Positions 13,990 to 23,223 of a DNA stretch of 64,000 nucleotides are shown piece by piece. Below the pieces are notes generated by a model. That model was given only the letters and a program-made list of their open reading frames with translations, ran no database searches and was not told where the DNA came from. Origin of the DNA: Thermoanaerobaculia bacterium (GTDB taxonomy: Bacteria; Acidobacteriota; Thermoanaerobaculia; UBA5066); assembly GCA_038245905.1 (NCBI GenBank), contig JBBRRY010000007.1, positions 1 to 64,000 of the forward strand, given 5' to 3'. The position numbers and the translations under genes are program-made. Within the stretch, counting starts at the first letter, position 1. The number at the start of each line of letters is the position of its first letter.

Positions 13990-14984
13990 CCGGCCTCCGC
14001 GACGGCAGCGGCGATTTCCTGAACGAGCGCGGCCTTCGCGGAGGCGAGCGTGCCCTTCACGCGGCAGCCCGAGGCGTTGCGGTGCCCGCCGCCCGCGTGC
14101 CGCGCGGCGACGCTTCGGATGTCCACGACGCCCTTCGAGCGCAGGGAGCAGCGGATCTCGCCGTCATCGCCCTCGCGGAGGAGCGCGGCGGCGCGGACTC
14201 CCTCGATACCGCGGGCGCGGTTCACGAGCCCCTCGGTGTCCGATTCCTTCGCGCCGCTCTCGACGAAGAACCGGCGTGGAAGCTCGACGGTCGCTACGGT
14301 GCCGCCGGCGTGGAGCTCGAGCGTCCCGAGGACGAGGGCCTCGAGCTTCAACGAGGATAGGGGCGCGGCCTCGAACAGGAACTCGTTCACCGGCCCCGGC
14401 TCGGCGCCTGCCGCGACGAGCCGCGCGCCGAGCGCGAGCGCCTTCGGAGTGGTGTTCGAGTAGCGGAAGGAGCCCGTGTCCGAGACGAGCGAGACCCAGA
14501 GGTTCGTCGCGATGTCTCTCGTGAGCGGCCAGCCGAGGAGGTCGAGAAGATCGGCCACCATCTCGCCTACGGCTGCGGCGGGAAGGTCGACGAGGTTCAC
14601 CGCGCCGTAGCGCGTGTTACCGGGATGGTGATCGACGTTCACGACCGGCCCGGCGAGGAGATTCGGCCAGCCGGCGCGGTCCGCCTCGGGGCACTCCATC
14701 GTCAAGAGCGCGTCCCAGCCCGAGGGCCAGTCGTCGGGCAGGGCGTCCGCAACGGCCACGCGTGAGATTCCGGGCATCTTCGAATATGCCGAGGACCAGG
14801 CGTCGCGCATGACGACGTGCGCCTCCTTGCCCGCGGCATCGAGTGCGAGGGCGAGGCCCAACGCCGAGCCGAGGGCGTCGCCGTCGGGATTGCGGTGGCC
14901 CGTTATGAGGAAGCGCTTTCCAGCGGTGAGCCGCTTCGCGACTTCTTCGTATGCGGCGTCGAGCGCCGGATCGCGCGGCGTCAT
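13986..14984 (-). CDS. nrnA: DHH/DHHA1 phosphoesterase (NrnA-like oligoribonuclease/pAp phosphatase)
   Basis: HRNPDGDALGS, VDHH, SDTGSF and GGGHRNASG motifs; between rbfA and truB. Confidence 0.9.
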   Translation of the reverse strand: MTPRDPALDAAYEEVAKRLTAGKRFLITGHRNPDGDALGSALGLALALDAAGKEAHVVMRDAWSSAYSKMPGISRVAVADALPDDWPSGWDALLTMECPEADRAGWPNLLAGPVVNVDHHPGNTRYGAVNLVDLPAAAVGEMVADLLDLLGWPLTRDIATNLWVSLVSDTGSFRYSNTTPKALALGARLVAAGAEPGPVNEFLFEAAPLSSLKLEALVLGTLELHAGGTVATVELPRRFFVESGAKESDTEGLVNRARGIEGVRAAALLREGDDGEIRCSLRSKGVVDIRSVAARHAGGGHRNASGCRVKGTLASAKAALVQEIAAAVAEAG

Positions 14985-15391
14985 GAGGCGCCCGGAGCGC
15001 CTGAGTCGTTCGGCTCGCCGGGCGGCTTCGGGATCGAGCGCAGGAGCTCCTCGACGCGCGCGCCGCGCTCGAGCGTGTGGTCCTCAGCGAAGTGAAGGTC
15101 CGGGGCGTGGCGAAGCCCGCAGTTCTTCCCGACGAGAGAGCGGAGGCGTCCCCGCGCGTGGTTCAGGGCCTTGACCGTCTTTTCGAACTGATCCTTCGCG
15201 CCGAAGACCGAAACGAAGACGCGCGCCGAGCGGAGGTCGTCCGACATGAGGACGTCGGTGATCGTCGCGAACCCGATCGCAGGGTCGCGCAGGTCCTCGC
15301 GGAGAAGGCGCGCGAGCTCCGCCCGCACCACGTCTCCCACTTTCCTCGGCCGCCTGCCGGGCGCGCCGCCGGATCGTCTTTCTGTCGCCAT
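14981..15391 (-). CDS. rbfA: Ribosome-binding factor A
   Basis: LRDPAIGFATITDV, DLRSARVFVS and LRHAPDLHF motifs. Confidence 0.95.
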   Translation of the reverse strand: MATERRSGGAPGRRPRKVGDVVRAELARLLREDLRDPAIGFATITDVLMSDDLRSARVFVSVFGAKDQFEKTVKALNHARGRLRSLVGKNCGLRHAPDLHFAEDHTLERGARVEELLRSIPKPPGEPNDSGAPGAS

Positions 15392-15406
15392 GTGCGTCTC
15401 CTGTCC

Positions 15407-15745
15407 TCAGTCCGGGGTGCCAAAGGAGCTTCCGGGCTTCCCGACGTCCCCGAACCCGACGAGCTCGTGCCGTTCGCTCGCGATCTCGGCGCCGTTTTCT
15501 TCCGCGTACGCCTCGACGAAATCGAGGATCTTCTGTAGCAGGGGTTCGAGGCCCTGCGGATCCGGCCCCACGGCGGCGATCCCGAGGCTCGCGCGCTGGT
15601 GGAGGTCCTGGTGCGCGACCTCCGCCGCCGAGATCTCGAAGTCGCCGCGCAACCGGGTCTTCAGAGGCCGGAGGAAGGAGCGTTTCTCCTTGAGGCTCCG
15701 GCACCCGGGGAGATGAAATTCGTAGATGGTCAGAGCGACGACCAC
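15407..15745 (-). CDS. DUF503 (YlxP-like) protein
   Basis: SLKEKRSFL and SAAEVAHQDLHQ motifs; conserved position after infB. Confidence 0.9.
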   Translation of the reverse strand: MVVALTIYEFHLPGCRSLKEKRSFLRPLKTRLRGDFEISAAEVAHQDLHQRASLGIAAVGPDPQGLEPLLQKILDFVEAYAEENGAEIASERHELVGFGDVGKPGSSFGTPD

Positions 15746-15752
15746 GGGTACC

Positions 15753-18700
15753 TCAGGTCAGCGAGCCGGCGAGCTCCTCGATGACGAACGCCTCGAGGAC
15801 GTCCCCGATTTTCACGTCCTGATAGCCGGCGATCCCGATGCCGCACTCGAATCCCTGCTTCACCTCGGACGCGTCGTCCTTGAAGCGGCGGAGCGATCCG
15901 ATCTTGCCCTCGTAAATCACGCGGCTGTCGCGGATGAGCCGCACGGAAGCCGACCGGGGGATGACGCCGTCCGTGACCATGCAGCCCGAGATCGTGCCGA
16001 TCTTCGGCACCTTGAAGGTCTCGCGCACCTCGGCGTGGCCTCGGGTGACTTCCTTCTTGACAGTGTCGAGGAGGCCGGTCATGGCCTTCTTGATCTCGTC
16101 GGTGAGCGTATAAATGACGGAGTAGAGGCGGATGTCGACGCCCTCGTGGTCGGCAAGCTCCTGTGCTTTCTTCTCGGGCTTCACGCTGAATCCGATGATG
16201 ATGGCGTCGGAAGCCGAGGCGAGGAGCACGTCGTTTACCGAGATGGCGCCCACGCCGGAGTGAAGGACGGTGACCTTCACCTTCTCCGTCGAGAGCTTTG
16301 CGAGCGTCTGGACGAGGACTTCCTCGGAACCGTGCACGTCGGCCTTCACGATGAGCGCGAGATCCTTCATCTCGCCTTCCTTCATCCGGTTGAAAAGCGA
16401 GTCGAGGGACATGCGCGAGGACTTCGTGAGCGATGCCTCGCGCTCCTTCAGGGAGCGGAACTGGGAGACCTGGCGGGCCTTGCCCTCGTCCTCGACGACC
16501 TGAAGGGTGTCGCCTGCGTTCGGAATGTCCTCGAAACCCATGACCTCGACCGGGGTCGCGGGGGCCGCTTCGGTGACACGTTTGGCATGGTCGTCGAGCA
16601 TCGCGCGCACCCGGCCGACGGCCGTGCCGGCAAAGAAGACGTCGCCGACGTGGAGCGTGCCCTGCTGGACGAGCACGGTCGCGAGAGTGCCCTTGCCCGC
16701 CTCGCGCCGCGCCTCGAGGACGACGCCGCGGGCCGGTCCGGTCGCCACAGACTTCAGCTCGAGGAGATCGGCCTGGAGAAGGATCATCTCGAGGAGCTGG
16801 TCGATTCCGACCTTTTTCTTGGCTGAGATCTCGCAGGCCACGACGTCGCCGCCGAATTCCTCGACGAGAACGCCCTTCTCGGCGAGCTCCTGCTTCACGC
16901 GCTGCGGGTTCGCCTCGGGTTTGTCGATCTTGTTGATGGCGACGACGAGCGGCACCTTCGCGGCACGCGCGTGGTCGATCGCTTCCTGCGTCTGGGGCAT
17001 GACGCCGTCGTCGGCCGCCACGACGAGGACGACGATGTCCGTGGCCTTGGCGCCGCGGGCGCGCATCATGGTGAAGGCTTCGTGGCCCGGCGTGTCGAGG
17101 AACACGATCGGCTTGCCCTTCGCGATGACGCGGTACGCGCCGATGTGCTGTGTAATGCCTCCGGCCTCACCTTCCGCGACGTTCTCCTTGCGGATCGCGT
17201 CGAGGAGCGACGTCTTGCCGTGGTCGACGTGCCCCATGACGGTGACGACGGGCGCGCGCGGGATGCGCTCCCCGGCATTGGCGAGAGAGCCGGCGTCCTC
17301 CGCGGGTGTGGTCCCCGCCGCGGTCTGGTCGTTCGCGGTCTGCTGGCGCGAGAGCTCGAGCTCTTCCTCGAACGAGACGACGGCCGCTTCGACGCCGAAC
17401 TCCTTCGCGATCTCGACCGCGACCTTCGGGTCGAGCGGCTGGTTGATCGTCGCGAAGACGCCGCGCGAGAAGAACGACTTCATGAGGTCCTTCGCGAGGA
17501 CGCCAAGCTTTTCCGACAGTTCCTTGACCGTGACGCCTTCCGAGAGGAAGACGGGCCCGTCGGCCTTCTTCTTCAGCTCGACGACCTCGCCGGTCTCCGT
17601 CGTCGTGGTCTTCTTGCCGGCGCGCCGCTGCGCGGACTTGGAGAGGGGCTTGGCCGCGAGGGCCTCGTCCGTCCCCTCGCCCGTGGGTGTCTGGATGTCT
17701 TCGTAGGTGTCCTGCTTGTAACCGCCGAGGTACTCCCGCACGTCGACTTCGAGCGCCGAGACTTCCTTCGTACGCGGCTTTTTCGACTCGGCCTTCTTCG
17801 CATCGCCCTTCTTGACGCCGAGGCCGGGCTTCGTCGCGTCCTTCTTCCGGCGCTCGGCGGTGTCGGGAAGCGGCGGTGCGGCGGGGCCTCCGAGCTGCGG
17901 ACGGCCAAAGGCCGGGCGGGGGCCGAAGCCCGAGCCCGGCGGGCCACCGGGACGCGGCGCGAAACCGGGCCGGGGCGCGAAACCGGGACGCGGGGGCATT
18001 CCCATTCCCGGGCGCGGGGGGAAGCCAGGCCGCGGAAAGCCGGCGTTCGAGGGAGAGGAGGGCGGCGCGGGACGGATGGGCCGTGCGACGGGAGCCGGCG
18101 GTGCCGCGATGACCGCGCGGCCAAGACCGCCGGCGCCGCGCATCGGCGGAGCGGTGGCCGCTCCGGCCTGAACCGCGGCGGGAGCCGAACGGACGTGCGT
18201 GACACCTGGAGAATATGGCCCGGCGCTCGCACCGTACGACATCATTGGGTCGGGACGCGGAGCGGGAGCAGGCGGAACGGGTGCCGCGGACGGGCGCACC
18301 GGGATGTCTCCCGTGCGCTTCAGGATGCGGCCGAGCGCGCCCGCGGGACCGGCGGGAGCCGACGGCGGAGTTGCGACGCGCGGGAGCGGGGCTGTCGGGC
18401 GTCTCACGGCCTGAATGGGCGCGTCGACCGGGCGCGCGACGCGCGCCGGCGGCCGGGGGGCAGGAGTCGCGGACGCGCCGCTCGGAGTCGGTCCCGTCGC
18501 TACGGGGGGTGTGGCCTTCGCCGCCGGAGCGGGCGGCGGCGTGAAGGCCACGGGCGGTACCGCTGCAGAAGCCGGTTTTTCGGGCGCCACGACTTCGACG
18601 GGTGCCTCTGGAGCGTTCGCCGCGACTTCGGCCTGGGGCACTTCGGCGGGAGCCGCCGCGGAGGGCGCGGAAACGGCTTCGGTTGACTCGCCTTCGGCGA

Positions 18701-19031
18701 CTATGGCCTCGACGGACTCGGCTTCGTCGTCGGGCGAGCGCTCGACGATCTTGATGCGCTTCAAGGCGGCGCGCTCAGTCTTGGCCTTCGCCGCCGAGGC
18801 GCTCGCGGCCGCGGCCGCGGCCGCGGCCGACGGGGCCTGCCGGACGATGAGTGACTTCGGCGCCTGGGTCTTCCCGAGAAGGAGCGCTTGCGCCGTCGCG
18901 GGGTCGAGCACGGATTCGGCCGTCTTGACGTCGACGCCGATGCCCTGGAGCAGAAAGAGAACTTCCTTCGCGGGCTTGCCCATCATCTTGGCGAGCTCGG
19001 CGACGGTGAACTTGGCGGACGTAGTCTTCAC
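15753..19031 (-). CDS. infB: Translation initiation factor IF-2
   Basis: GTG at 19031 overlaps the nusA stop. GHVDHGKTSLLD, DTPGHEAF and NKID GTPase motifs; long Pro/Ala/Gly-rich N-terminal linker. Confidence 0.97.
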   Translation of the reverse strand: MKTTSAKFTVAELAKMMGKPAKEVLFLLQGIGVDVKTAESVLDPATAQALLLGKTQAPKSLIVRQAPSAAAAAAAASASAAKAKTERAALKRIKIVERSPDDEAESVEAIVAEGESTEAVSAPSAAAPAEVPQAEVAANAPEAPVEVVAPEKPASAAVPPVAFTPPPAPAAKATPPVATGPTPSGASATPAPRPPARVARPVDAPIQAVRRPTAPLPRVATPPSAPAGPAGALGRILKRTGDIPVRPSAAPVPPAPAPRPDPMMSYGASAGPYSPGVTHVRSAPAAVQAGAATAPPMRGAGGLGRAVIAAPPAPVARPIRPAPPSSPSNAGFPRPGFPPRPGMGMPPRPGFAPRPGFAPRPGGPPGSGFGPRPAFGRPQLGGPAAPPLPDTAERRKKDATKPGLGVKKGDAKKAESKKPRTKEVSALEVDVREYLGGYKQDTYEDIQTPTGEGTDEALAAKPLSKSAQRRAGKKTTTTETGEVVELKKKADGPVFLSEGVTVKELSEKLGVLAKDLMKSFFSRGVFATINQPLDPKVAVEIAKEFGVEAAVVSFEEELELSRQQTANDQTAAGTTPAEDAGSLANAGERIPRAPVVTVMGHVDHGKTSLLDAIRKENVAEGEAGGITQHIGAYRVIAKGKPIVFLDTPGHEAFTMMRARGAKATDIVVLVVAADDGVMPQTQEAIDHARAAKVPLVVAINKIDKPEANPQRVKQELAEKGVLVEEFGGDVVACEISAKKKVGIDQLLEMILLQADLLELKSVATGPARGVVLEARREAGKGTLATVLVQQGTLHVGDVFFAGTAVGRVRAMLDDHAKRVTEAAPATPVEVMGFEDIPNAGDTLQVVEDEGKARQVSQFRSLKEREASLTKSSRMSLDSLFNRMKEGEMKDLALIVKADVHGSEEVLVQTLAKLSTEKVKVTVLHSGVGAISVNDVLLASASDAIIIGFSVKPEKKAQELADHEGVDIRLYSVIYTLTDEIKKAMTGLLDTVKKEVTRGHAEVRETFKVPKIGTISGCMVTDGVIPRSASVRLIRDSRVIYEGKIGSLRRFKDDASEVKQGFECGIGIAGYQDVKIGDVLEAFVIEELAGSLT

Positions 19032-20824
19032 TTTTCGGGCGTCTCCGTCACCGGGGTCGGGGAAGCCTCGGGAGCTTCCTCGTCGCCGGCTTCCTGGAAC
19101 TCGAGGCCGCCCTCGTCCGCGGCCTCCTCTTCTTCTTCCGGCGCTTCCTCGAAGGCGTGGACCGCCTCGAGCGCCGCGTCCCGCGCGGACCTTTCGAGCG
19201 TGACGGACGCGAGAGGGTCGTCGCCTTCGCCGGCCTCGGCATCCACGAGATCGCCGACGGTCTCGTAGCCTGCGGCGAGGAAGGCGGCGACCGCCACCTC
19301 GTCGACATCCGGAACCTCGGAAAGAGCCGTGCCGCGGCGCTGTGAGTTGAGGAGCATCCGCTGGAGAGCCTGCGCGACCTCGGCCTTGACCGCCTGTTCG
19401 CTCTTGATCTCGATACGAGCGCCGATGAGGGCCGCCGCGAGGCGGACGTTCTGCCCGCGCTTGCCGATGGCGAGCGAGAGCTGGTCCTCTTCGACGATGC
19501 ATTCGAGGGTCGGAACCGGCTCGATGGGCTGTCCGTCCGCGCCGATCTCCGGCTCGGCCTCGTCGTCGGCCGGCATGGCCGACACGCGCGTGATTCTCGC
19601 GGGGGAGAGGGCGTTCTGTGCGTAGGTGATGAGATCGTCCGAATACTGGATGATGTCGATGCGTTCGCCGCGGAGCTCGCGCATGATGGCCTGCACGCGC
19701 GATCCGCGCATGCCCACACACGCGCCGACCGGGTCGACGTCGCGTTCGCGAGACGACACGGCCACCTTCGCGCGGTCGCCGGGCTGCCGGACGCACCCGC
19801 GAATGAGGACGGTCCCGTCGTAGATCTCGGGGACTTCCATTTCCATGAGGCGCATGAGGAGCTCGGGAGCCGTGCGCGAGAGGATGATCTGGGAGCCCTT
19901 CGGGTTCTTGTGCACGTCGGACAGGACGCCGCGCACGCGCTCGCCCTGCGTGTACCTTTCCGCCCGTGACTGATGCTCGCGCGGGATCGCGGCCTCGGTC
20001 CGGCCGAGGTCGACGATCATGTCGCCCCGCTCGAACCGCTTGACCGTGCCCGTGATGAGCTCCCCGAGCTTCGGGAAGTACTCGTTATAGATGTTGTCGC
20101 GCTCGGCTTCGCGGACCTTCTGGTAAAGGACCTGCTTGGCGCTCTGAGCCGCGATGCGTCCGAGGCCCTCGGTCGAACGATAGAGGCGGATCTCGTCGCC
20201 GAGACCCATCTCGGCGGGCTCGATGAGGGACTCCTCGCCGGTCGACTCTTCTCCGCGCGGGTTGCGCACGATCTGCCAGCTCTGCCCGGCGAGCTCTCCC
20301 GCGAGGAGCACGGCAGCCTCTTCGGGCAGGACCTCGACGTAGGGGAGGCGAATCTCCTTGTCCGGGTCCACGGGCGCGGCCGGTGCCGGGGCCGGAGCCG
20401 CCGACTGTCCGAGAGGGACGTCGTCCGGATCGAGGGCTGCAGCCGCGGCGGCTGCGGCCGCGGCGACGTCCTCGGGCTTGACGGTCTTCTCGGCGACGAG
20501 CCGGTACGGTGTCCACGCGGTCAGGGTGCCCGTCTTTTGGTCGAACCGGGCTCCCATTTCGCGGACCTTGTAGACCTTGCGGGCGGCGGTCGCGATCGCT
20601 TCCTCGAGAGCAGCCACGAGGCGCTCGAAGTCGATCTCCTTGTCGCGCGAGGCGGCTTTGAGAGCTTCGATGATCTCGTCGGCGCGCGTCGCGGGCGGTG
20701 TCGGGGAGGCCTTGGCCGCCTTCGTGCTCTTGCCCTTCGCGCCGCCGCGCGCAGCTTTAGCCGTCTTCTTTTCCGGTTTCTCAAGGGCAGCGCCGGTCAC
20801 CGTCGGGGGCTGAGTCGAACTCAT
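19028..20824 (-). CDS. nusA: Transcription termination/antitermination factor NusA
   Basis: LGRIAAQSAKQV, S1 domain, EVPEIYDG, DPVGACVGMRGSRV and LAIGKRGQNVRLA; start ATG 20824 inferred. Confidence 0.96.
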   Translation of the reverse strand: MSSTQPPTVTGAALEKPEKKTAKAARGGAKGKSTKAAKASPTPPATRADEIIEALKAASRDKEIDFERLVAALEEAIATAARKVYKVREMGARFDQKTGTLTAWTPYRLVAEKTVKPEDVAAAAAAAAAALDPDDVPLGQSAAPAPAPAAPVDPDKEIRLPYVEVLPEEAAVLLAGELAGQSWQIVRNPRGEESTGEESLIEPAEMGLGDEIRLYRSTEGLGRIAAQSAKQVLYQKVREAERDNIYNEYFPKLGELITGTVKRFERGDMIVDLGRTEAAIPREHQSRAERYTQGERVRGVLSDVHKNPKGSQIILSRTAPELLMRLMEMEVPEIYDGTVLIRGCVRQPGDRAKVAVSSRERDVDPVGACVGMRGSRVQAIMRELRGERIDIIQYSDDLITYAQNALSPARITRVSAMPADDEAEPEIGADGQPIEPVPTLECIVEEDQLSLAIGKRGQNVRLAAALIGARIEIKSEQAVKAEVAQALQRMLLNSQRRGTALSEVPDVDEVAVAAFLAAGYETVGDLVDAEAGEGDDPLASVTLERSARDAALEAVHAFEEAPEEEEEAADEGGLEFQEAGDEEAPEASPTPVTETPEK

Positions 20825-20855
20825 CGTGTCGTGTTCTCCGTGGGCCGTAAACTGT

Positions 20856-21326
20856 TCAGAGCTCTGGGACGAGGCGCGCGAGCCGGACGTCGCCGAACCG
20901 CGCAGTGTATCTTCGGTGCTGGTCCTCATCAAGGACGGTCAGGGTGTCCCCCTGGACGTCCTCGAGGACGCCCTTGAGTCGCGCCGCTCCGTCCACCTTC
21001 CGGACGAGCTGGACCGCGACGCGCCGCCCGCGGAATCGGGCGCAATCGGCGAGCGTCCACAGCGGACGGTCGAGGCCGGGTGAGGAAACCTCGAGCGCGT
21101 AGTTCGGAAGCTTTTCCTCGAGGGGATCGAGAATCTCCGACGCCGCGCGCGAGGCGATCTCGCAGTCACGGAGCGTGATCCCTGCCGGCTTGTCTACGAA
21201 CAGTGTCAGCGTGGCACGCGCTCCCGGTTTCCATTCGAAGTGGCAGAGGTCCAGCCCGAACGCGGAAATGCGCTCGCGGATGAGGTCCGCCGTACCGCTG
21301 TCGAAGGGGAGCGCCGCCTGCTTCAT
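20856..21326 (-). CDS. rimP: Ribosome maturation factor RimP
   Basis: GITLRDCE and YALEVSSPGLDRPL motifs; first gene of the nusA-infB operon. Confidence 0.95.
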   Translation of the reverse strand: MKQAALPFDSGTADLIRERISAFGLDLCHFEWKPGARATLTLFVDKPAGITLRDCEIASRAASEILDPLEEKLPNYALEVSSPGLDRPLWTLADCARFRGRRVAVQLVRKVDGAARLKGVLEDVQGDTLTVLDEDQHRRYTARFGDVRLARLVPEL

Positions 21327-21363
21327 GCTTCCGGTTCGTGCCTTTCCTGAGCCGTTTTGGGGC

Positions 21364-21405
21364 AAAAAAAAGAGGGCGTGTGCCCCCTTTCAAGCCCCTT
21401 GAAAG
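21364..21405 (-). ncRNA. rimP-leader-like attenuator (5' UTR terminator)
   Basis: Between the promoter and rimP: hairpin TTTCAAG/CTTGAAA, then GGGGGC-ACAC-GCCCTC followed by T8. Confidence 0.65.
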
Positions 21406-21416
21406 TCCGCTGCGGG

Positions 21417-21446
21417 ATTATAGGGCCGAGGCGCGTCCGGGGGCAA
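21417..21446 (-). promoter_or_regulatory. Sigma70-type promoter of the rimP-nusA-infB operon
   Basis: TTGCCC (21446-21441), 18-nt spacer, TATAAT (21422-21417). Confidence 0.7.
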
Positions 21447-21498
21447 GGTGGAGCATCGGAAACGGCCTGAGAGGACGTAACATCACGGCCGGAGCGAG

Positions 21499-22698
21499 AT
21501 GGCACGGACTTCCCATGGAGGGAGGGCCGACGCGCCGAAAATCGCCCTCCCGAGGGAACACATCAGCAAGCTCACCATCATCCGTCTCAACGACGAATTC
21601 GTCGAAGGCGTGGAAACAGCGGAGGCCTGGCCTCCCAAGGGAGGTCTGCCCGCGGGGGAAGACCCCTTCGACACGAAGCCGGTCGTCGCAACGCCAGAGT
21701 TCCTCCCGCCCAGCACCTCTTCGGCGGGTGACTCTCGGCTCATCAACGTGGAGCGCGCGTTTGCGGTTTCCGTAATCCTGCACCTGCTCCTCGTGATCGC
21801 CGTCCTGACCGTGAAGTTTCCGGCGCGCACGGTCGAGCAGGATCGGGTGGATCCCCTCGGTCTTCAGAAGCTATTGGCCGCCACGCCGCCGGATCCCGCG
21901 ATTCCCGTGCAGCTTTTTCCGGGCGCCAAGGCGAAGCAGCCCGGCCCGAAGCCCGCCCCATCCGACATGGACCGACAGGCCCATGGGGGAGACAAGACCC
22001 TCCCCGTGCTCCCGATGCCGAAGGCCTATCCTCAGGCGGGGATTCGGGATCTCGAGGCAGGCAAGCGGGGCCCGGCGGTCGCGGCGGCGCCGGTCGCCCC
22101 GGCGCCTCAGGGGAGCCTGGCCGGAGAAACAACGGGGAAGAAGCTCACGGACCTCGCCTCGCGCACCGGCGCGCTCCACGATCCGCCGACCGAACAGGAG
22201 ATGGCGGCACAGCGACGCCTTCTCGGCATCGCGGCGCCGGACCTCAACGCAATCACGCGCGACGCGGCCCGCGAGGCAGCGAAGTCGGGCGGCGGTGGGG
22301 AAGAGGGCGGAGGCTTCGAGCGGGACGGAGGCTTCGTCGATTCGGGTCCGCTTTCGTTCGACACGGTCGGGTACGACTGGGGCGCGTACGCGGCGGAGAT
22401 GATCCGGAAGATCAAGCGAAACTGGGACGTGCCCGCGCTCGCGCGCTATGGCGTGAAGGGCCGGCTGACGATTCGCTTTTTCATTCTGAAGGACGGACGT
22501 GTGGAGGGAGAGCGCATCCTCTCCGGCTCGGGCGTTCCACCGTTCGACAACGCGGCCTTTCAGGCGATCGCGCGCTCGAGCGCGTTCCGTCCGCTCCCGG
22601 ACGACCTCGGCCACGACCGCGAGGGCGTGACCGTCACGTTCTTCTACAACCTGCGTCCAGAGGACGTGGAATTCGCCGGCAAGGGCCGTCCGAACTGA
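21499..22698 (+). CDS. TonB/TolA C-terminal domain protein
   Basis: TM with SxxxH (SVILH), Pro-rich linker, C-terminal IKRNW..SGVPPFDNAAFQAI..FRPLP. Confidence 0.8.
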   Translation: MARTSHGGRADAPKIALPREHISKLTIIRLNDEFVEGVETAEAWPPKGGLPAGEDPFDTKPVVATPEFLPPSTSSAGDSRLINVERAFAVSVILHLLLVIAVLTVKFPARTVEQDRVDPLGLQKLLAATPPDPAIPVQLFPGAKAKQPGPKPAPSDMDRQAHGGDKTLPVLPMPKAYPQAGIRDLEAGKRGPAVAAAPVAPAPQGSLAGETTGKKLTDLASRTGALHDPPTEQEMAAQRRLLGIAAPDLNAITRDAAREAAKSGGGGEEGGGFERDGGFVDSGPLSFDTVGYDWGAYAAEMIRKIKRNWDVPALARYGVKGRLTIRFFILKDGRVEGERILSGSGVPPFDNAAFQAIARSSAFRPLPDDLGHDREGVTVTFFYNLRPEDVEFAGKGRPN

Positions 22699-22706
22699 GG
22701 AGCAAC

Positions 22707-23138
22707 ATGGCCGCGATCAACCACCCCGTCGAGATCGACCGTGCGCTCCGGACCGCGAAGACGATCGCCGTCGTGGGCTGCTCGCCCGACGAGAGCCGCC
22801 CGTCGAATGCGATCGCGCGCTATCTCCTGCGCGCCGGCTACGACGTGATCCCGGTAAATCCCGGCCACGCCGAGATGCTGGGCAGGCCCTGCTATCCGGA
22901 TCTCGCCTCGATTCCGGAGGACGTTCGGATCGACATCGTGGACGTCTTCCGCCGCTCGGAATTCGTCCCGGCAATCGCGAGCGCGGCCCTCGCCCGGGGC
23001 GCCGGTTTCTTCTGGATGCAGGACGGCGTCGTGGACGAGGAGACCGCCATGGGCCTCGCGGCTGCCGGAATCGGCGTCGCGATGGACCGATGCATCTATC
23101 GGGACCATGTGTCCCTCGCCGCCGGCGCGCCGTTGTGA
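22707..23138 (+). CDS. CoA-binding protein (YccU-like)
   Basis: TIAVVGCS, VIPVNPG, IDIVDVFR, WMQDG and MDRC motifs. Confidence 0.9.
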   Translation: MAAINHPVEIDRALRTAKTIAVVGCSPDESRPSNAIARYLLRAGYDVIPVNPGHAEMLGRPCYPDLASIPEDVRIDIVDVFRRSEFVPAIASAALARGAGFFWMQDGVVDEETAMGLAAAGIGVAMDRCIYRDHVSLAAGAPL

Positions 23139-23223
23139 CGCGAAAATCCCGGCACGGACTTTGCCCCTATGAGAGCCAGGCGCCGGCATCCACCGACCGG
23201 CGATCAACGAGGAACTACAATCT

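Noticed and set aside
17940-18045. 18-nt tandem repeats in infB
   Set aside because: They encode the PRPGF(A/P) low-complexity linker typical of IF-2 N-termini.
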